Notes under the pieces: generated by a model
What the model was told of the DNA's origin: nothing
Database searches by the model: none
What the model saw: the letters and a program-made list of their open reading frames with translations, nothing else
Program-made: the position numbers and the translations under genes
From: an uncultured Campylobacter sp.
GTDB taxonomy: Bacteria; Campylobacterota; Campylobacteria; Campylobacterales; Campylobacteraceae
Length of the DNA stretch: 64,000 bases
Reading direction: 5' to 3'
Assembly (NCBI GenBank): GCA_963527315.1
Contig: CAURQE010000008.1
Location: forward strand, 45,970 to 109,969
Shown here: piece after piece, positions 59,977 to 64,000 of the stretch
Layout: each line of letters opens with the position of its first letter
How positions within the stretch are numbered: the first letter of the stretch is position 1

Positions 59977-62573
59977 AGCCTTTAAGATTTACTTCGGTAG
60001 AGCAAGAAGAGGTTAAAGACTACGAACCTATCGGCTCTAGCATAAAATTTGACACTCAGGACGACGAGCTTGAGCGCATAATAAACCAACGCGCAAGTGC
60101 CGTAAAAAGCGATATAGAAGCCGTCAGAGCCAAAAATAAGCAGATGGCGCAGGCTAGAGAGGCTGCTGCAAACGAGTCTGAAGAGTCCGCGCAGGATGCG
60201 AGCAGCGACGAGCCTAAAGAAGAGCTTTTTGACGACCCATCTAGCGACGGTAAATTTAAGAGCGAGGTTTTAGATCAAATTTCGCAAGAGGGCAAACCAG
60301 ACGACGAATCTTTTAACCAATCCTTTAGCGAAGACGAGCCTAACGACGAGACCTTTGTCGCGCGTATACCATCGGTTAAATTCGACGATGAGGATTTGCC
60401 TAAGATAAAACTAGTATACGACGATGATTTAGCGCAGACAAACAACGAGCCGTCCCAAGGCGATACCGAGCCTAATGATTACGAGAATAACGATTTTAGT
60501 GGTCTTTACGAGCCTTTAGAACTTAAACGAGACGTAAATAAAAATTTGCAAGAGATAAGCGAAGCATTGCACGAGATAGATAAAATGGACGCCTCCGATA
60601 AATTTAAAGACGGTGAGGGTATGCCCGCTCAGGATGAGATTAAATTTAACGACGAAGAATACGCTTTTAAGCAACGTGATACTCAAATAGATAGCAAAGA
60701 CGCGCCGGCGCAAGATGAGGTTGGTTTTAACGGCGAGACAGCGCTAAATTCGGACTTGCCTTTGTTGCAGGCTAGAGCCGATCTAGCTAGCGAAAATGAC
60801 GCGAAAATAATCGACGAAGCCCGCAAGGACGTGCCGGAGATAAATGATGTGGATTTGCCTCGTCTTAAGGAGGCCGAGCCTGACGTAGAGCTAAAACCGG
60901 CGATAGATATTTTAGATTACGTTCCTTACGAGCCTAGCGAAGATGAAGATGAGGCAAATGAGGATGCGATTTTGAGCGAAGAGCCTAAATTTGGTAAAAA
61001 TTTAGAACAAGTGGCTCAAATAGACGAAAAAAGTGCAGAAGAGCTAAATTTGCAAACGCCAAGCTTAATGCAAGAAAAAAGCGAGAAAAGCGACGATAAA
61101 GAAAATTCGGCGCCAAAATTTATTATTAAAAACGAGGAAAAATTGGAAAAGATACATGAAAGCAAGCCTCAAACGGCAGCACAAGAGATAAATTTAAAAC
61201 AAACGAAAGAGCGACGGGATGAGCAAAATTTAGATGCTAGAAGCGTAGCCGGGTTAAATTTAAGCCCTCAAAACGAACCTGCCAAGCCGGCACGAGTAGA
61301 TAGAGCCGCGCTTTTAGCCGATCTTGTTGCAGATGTCGCAGAGCCTTTTGCGCCGCAAGGATTTGGCGTAGGCGCAGCGACAGAGGATGACAGCGAAGAA
61401 AGAGCCGAGATAAAAAATAAGCTTGACGAGTATCTGCTAAAGCTAATCGAAGGCGGCGGAAGCGACCTGCACGTAAAATCGGGTAAAGTAGTGCGAGGTA
61501 GATTTAACGGCGAGATCGTAAAGATGGGCGATAGGGTTTTAGACTACGATAGGGCCGTACTTTTGGCCAAAGAAATTTTGGGAACGAATTATTATAATCT
61601 CATGAAAAAAAAGAACGTAGATTTTACGTACAAGCTAAATGACGATTTTCGCTTCCGCGCAAACGTTTTTTTGCAGATGGACGGCGTATCTTTCGTTTTT
61701 AGAACGATTCCGACTAGAATTCCTACGATGTCCGAGCTTTTGCTACCGCCTATTATCGAGAAACTTTGCGATAAGGTAAACAGAGGCATCATCCTAGTAA
61801 CCGGTCCGACCGGAAGCGGTAAAACTACGACGCTAGCTAGCATGATAAACTATCTAAATCATACGAAAAACTATCATATCGTCACTATCGAAGACCCGAT
61901 CGAGTTTATATATAATGACGATAGAAGCGTTATTAATCAACGCGCTATAGGACAGGACGTCGATAGTTTTGCCGATGCGTTAAGGGCGTCTTTGCGCGAA
62001 GACCCGGACGTTATATTCGTGGGTGAGATGAGAGACCTGGAGACCGTTAGAACCGCGATAAATGCCGCAGAAACCGGCCACTTGGTGCTTGCGACGCTTC
62101 ACACGCTTGATGCTAAAGAAACTATAGGCCGCGTCATAAATATGTTTCCAAAAGAGGAGCAAAACCGCATAAGAATGACTTTCGCATCGGTTTCCGAGGC
62201 TATCATCTCTCAGCGTCTTGTCTTAACCACGGCCGGCAAGCGCCGCGTCGCCTGCGAAATAATGGTAAAAAACATCAGGGTAAGGGATATGATTCTCGAG
62301 GATAGAGATAGCGAAATTTACGATGCGATAGAACAAAGTAAAAACACCTATGGAATGCAGACCTTTGAGCAGCATTTGCTTGACATGTATACCGCTGGCG
62401 TTATCACGAAAGAAGAAGCGCTAAGAAGCGCGAGCAGAAGGGAAAATCTCGATATAAAAATCAAAAGCGCAGACCTTGCTAAAAAGCGAGCTATGGTTGC
62501 CTCCATCGAGGAAGACGACGAGCTTTTAAAAGAGTTTCAAAGCGAGATTATCGCGCTTAAAGATATCAAGTAA
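59973..62573 (+). CDS. PilT/PilU-family hexameric ATPase with a roughly 470-aa acidic low-complexity N-terminal extension
   Basis: 866 aa. The C-terminal roughly 380 aa carries 'GGSDLH', Walker A 'GPTGSGKTTT', 'IVTIEDPIEF', Walker B 'DPDVIFVGEMRD' and His box 'GHLVLATLHT'. The N-terminal half is D/E-rich with repeated 'PAQDE(I/V)xFN' and 'KFDDED' motifs. ATGA overlap with the tal stop. Confidence 0.85.
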   Translation: MKPLRFTSVEQEEVKDYEPIGSSIKFDTQDDELERIINQRASAVKSDIEAVRAKNKQMAQAREAAANESEESAQDASSDEPKEELFDDPSSDGKFKSEVLDQISQEGKPDDESFNQSFSEDEPNDETFVARIPSVKFDDEDLPKIKLVYDDDLAQTNNEPSQGDTEPNDYENNDFSGLYEPLELKRDVNKNLQEISEALHEIDKMDASDKFKDGEGMPAQDEIKFNDEEYAFKQRDTQIDSKDAPAQDEVGFNGETALNSDLPLLQARADLASENDAKIIDEARKDVPEINDVDLPRLKEAEPDVELKPAIDILDYVPYEPSEDEDEANEDAILSEEPKFGKNLEQVAQIDEKSAEELNLQTPSLMQEKSEKSDDKENSAPKFIIKNEEKLEKIHESKPQTAAQEINLKQTKERRDEQNLDARSVAGLNLSPQNEPAKPARVDRAALLADLVADVAEPFAPQGFGVGAATEDDSEERAEIKNKLDEYLLKLIEGGGSDLHVKSGKVVRGRFNGEIVKMGDRVLDYDRAVLLAKEILGTNYYNLMKKKNVDFTYKLNDDFRFRANVFLQMDGVSFVFRTIPTRIPTMSELLLPPIIEKLCDKVNRGIILVTGPTGSGKTTTLASMINYLNHTKNYHIVTIEDPIEFIYNDDRSVINQRAIGQDVDSFADALRASLREDPDVIFVGEMRDLETVRTAINAAETGHLVLATLHTLDAKETIGRVINMFPKEEQNRIRMTFASVSEAIISQRLVLTTAGKRRVACEIMVKNIRVRDMILEDRDSEIYDAIEQSKNTYGMQTFEQHLLDMYTAGVITKEEALRSASRRENLDIKIKSADLAKKRAMVASIEEDDELLKEFQSEIIALKDIK

Positions 62574-62631
62574 GGCGAAATTTATATAAATTTGGATATT
62601 ATCTGCCTCTATTTTTAAGGAAAGGAAAACG

Positions 62632-63168
62632 ATGTTAGAAGGTATCGTTAGAGAGAGTATCGGTAAAAAGGCTTCAAAAGCTTTGAGAAGAGATGGTTAT
62701 CTAATCGCCAACATTTACGGCAAGGGATTAGAGAATGTGCAGGCCGCTTTTAAAATCAACGATTTTATAAAAGAGGTTCGCAAAAAAGAGAGCCTTGCGT
62801 TTGACGTAAAAGTAGGCGGAAAAACCTTAAAAGTCGTAGTAGTCGAATACCAAAAAGACCCTGTGACAAATGCGCTAAAACACGTTGATTTAAAGGTTGC
62901 GCTTCCAGGCGTCGTCTCAAAATATATGATCCCGGTTAAGCCTTACGGAACTCCTGTGGGTCTAAAAAATAAAGGCGTTTTGATCATCTCAAAAAGGCGC
63001 TTAGCCGTAAAATGCACGGCTGAAAATTTGCCTAATTCATTTGACATAGACGTTAGCGGTCTTGATATAGACAATACCGTGTTGGTGCGCGATATAGCCG
63101 TTCCTGCGGGCGTCACTATGATCGATGCCGACCGCGTAGCGGTTCTAGGCGTAATAAAAGCTAAATAA
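62632..63168 (+). CDS. rplY: 50S ribosomal protein L25 / general stress protein Ctc
   Basis: 178 aa. '[26 protein letters not shown]'. RBS AAGGAAAGGAAA. Confidence 0.9.
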   Translation: MLEGIVRESIGKKASKALRRDGYLIANIYGKGLENVQAAFKINDFIKEVRKKESLAFDVKVGGKTLKVVVVEYQKDPVTNALKHVDLKVALPGVVSKYMIPVKPYGTPVGLKNKGVLIISKRRLAVKCTAENLPNSFDIDVSGLDIDNTVLVRDIAVPAGVTMIDADRVAVLGVIKAK

Positions 63169-63176
63169 GGCTAGCC

Positions 63177-63737
63177 TTGATACTCATAGTCGGACTGGGG
63201 AATCCCGGTCCCGAGTACTCCAAAACAAGACACAATGTCGGCTTTATGCTGATAGATAGACTCAAAAATTCAAATTTCACCGACGTAAGCTCAGCTAAAT
63301 TTCAAGGCGAGCTGTTTAAATTTCAAAATTTACTTTTTCTAAAACCGACGACCTTTATGAATTTAAGCGGACGAAGCGTAAAAGCCGTTGCTGATTTTTA
63401 CAAACCCGAGCGCATTATCGTTATTCACGACGACCTTGATCTAAATTTCGGCGTCGTTAAATTTAAAAAAGGCGGCGGAAACGGCGGACATAACGGGCTA
63501 AAATCAATCGATGCCTTAATGGGCGCAGACTACGAGCGCGTACGTATCGGTATCGGCAGAAGCGCGCACAAAGGCGAAAGCGCGGTAACCGGCCATGTGC
63601 TTGGCGAATTTAATGCAGATGAAAAAGAGGGGTTGGAAAAAATTTTGGGTTACTGTGAAAATGCGCTAAATGAGCTAATAAAAACCGACATCGACGTTGT
63701 CTCGCAAAAATTCTCGACAAAAAAAGGCATTTTGTGA
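63177..63737 (+). CDS. pth: peptidyl-tRNA hydrolase
   Basis: 186 aa. '[18 protein letters not shown]', 'GGHNGLKS'. TTG start. Confidence 0.93.
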   Translation: MILIVGLGNPGPEYSKTRHNVGFMLIDRLKNSNFTDVSSAKFQGELFKFQNLLFLKPTTFMNLSGRSVKAVADFYKPERIIVIHDDLDLNFGVVKFKKGGGNGGHNGLKSIDALMGADYERVRIGIGRSAHKGESAVTGHVLGEFNADEKEGLEKILGYCENALNELIKTDIDVVSQKFSTKKGIL

Positions 63738-64000
63738 GAGGGTTAAATTTGGCATTTGCGACTTTTGCATTTTCTCAAATTTTGAGGCTTTTAAAGGCGC
63801 TCAAAAATCGGTTAAATTTAGAGTCCAAATTTAAAGCCTTGCGCCTAATTTTCCTTACCGTAAATTTTATAAATTTACTTAAAAACTTTACATGCAAATT
63901 TATAAAATTTACGAAAAAAACGCCTAGACAAAAACTTGAATTCGGGTTTTTTAAGAGCGTAAAACAAGTTTGCTTCTCGTCTAGCCAAAAAGCGGCAAAT

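Noticed and set aside
1-64000. CRISPR arrays, tRNA/rRNA genes, IS elements, integrases, prophage genes
   Set aside because: I looked for regularly spaced 25-40-nt repeats, tRNA T-arm consensus (GGTTCGAATCC-like) and transposase/integrase-like ORFs and found none. The recurring AAATTT words are too short and too irregularly spaced to be a CRISPR array.

Overview
This window reads as a chromosomal segment of a non-jejuni Campylobacter, probably the C. rectus/showae/curvus group. That call is an inference from gene content and from gene order recalled from C. jejuni: lpxB-greA-Cj0286c-like-cheV-cheA(Y)-cheW-serB-tal, and dnaG next to TPR-rnhA-rnc-aroC. Most of the window is housekeeping: rho, ccoI/ccoS, an ADP-heptose operon (gmhB-hldD-hldE-gmhA), xseA, ubiE/menG, serC, dnaG, rnhA, rnc, aroC, polA, menA, pldA, mobA, tcdA, surE, nrfHA, lpxB, greA, the chemotaxis core, serB, tal, rplY and pth. 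I found no rRNA, tRNA, CRISPR array, transposase or integrase by eye.

The accessory or unusual parts are:
(1) AAATTT (a RAATTY site) is strongly over-represented. It is often embedded in CTAAATTTAG-type palindromes. These fill about ten ORF-free spacers of 0.3-1.1 kb and also appear inside in-frame, lineage-specific insertions in AroC and MobA.
(2) A Firmicute-style Y-family polymerase plus YolD-like cassette at 12.57-14.13 kb.
(3) An orphan SMI1/KNR4 (SUKH) immunity-type gene at 14.9-15.6 kb, and a second, decaying immunity-like locus at 43.7-45.2 kb with in-frame stops and frameshifts.
(4) A lipoprotein operon of CsgG-like, DUF4810-like, DUF799/GNA1162-like and DIP1984-like genes.
(5) A very AT-rich island at 23.35-26.07 kb encoding three unknown membrane proteins and a membrane-anchored wHTH-like protein.
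(6) A PilT-family ATPase with a roughly 470-aa acidic N-terminal extension, translationally coupled to tal and with no pilus genes nearby.
(7) A CDF transporter pseudogene with two lesions, a tandem cytochrome c553 duplication that includes the promoter, and a LapB/YciM-like TPR-rubredoxin protein.

All family assignments come from motif recognition by eye, not from database searches.
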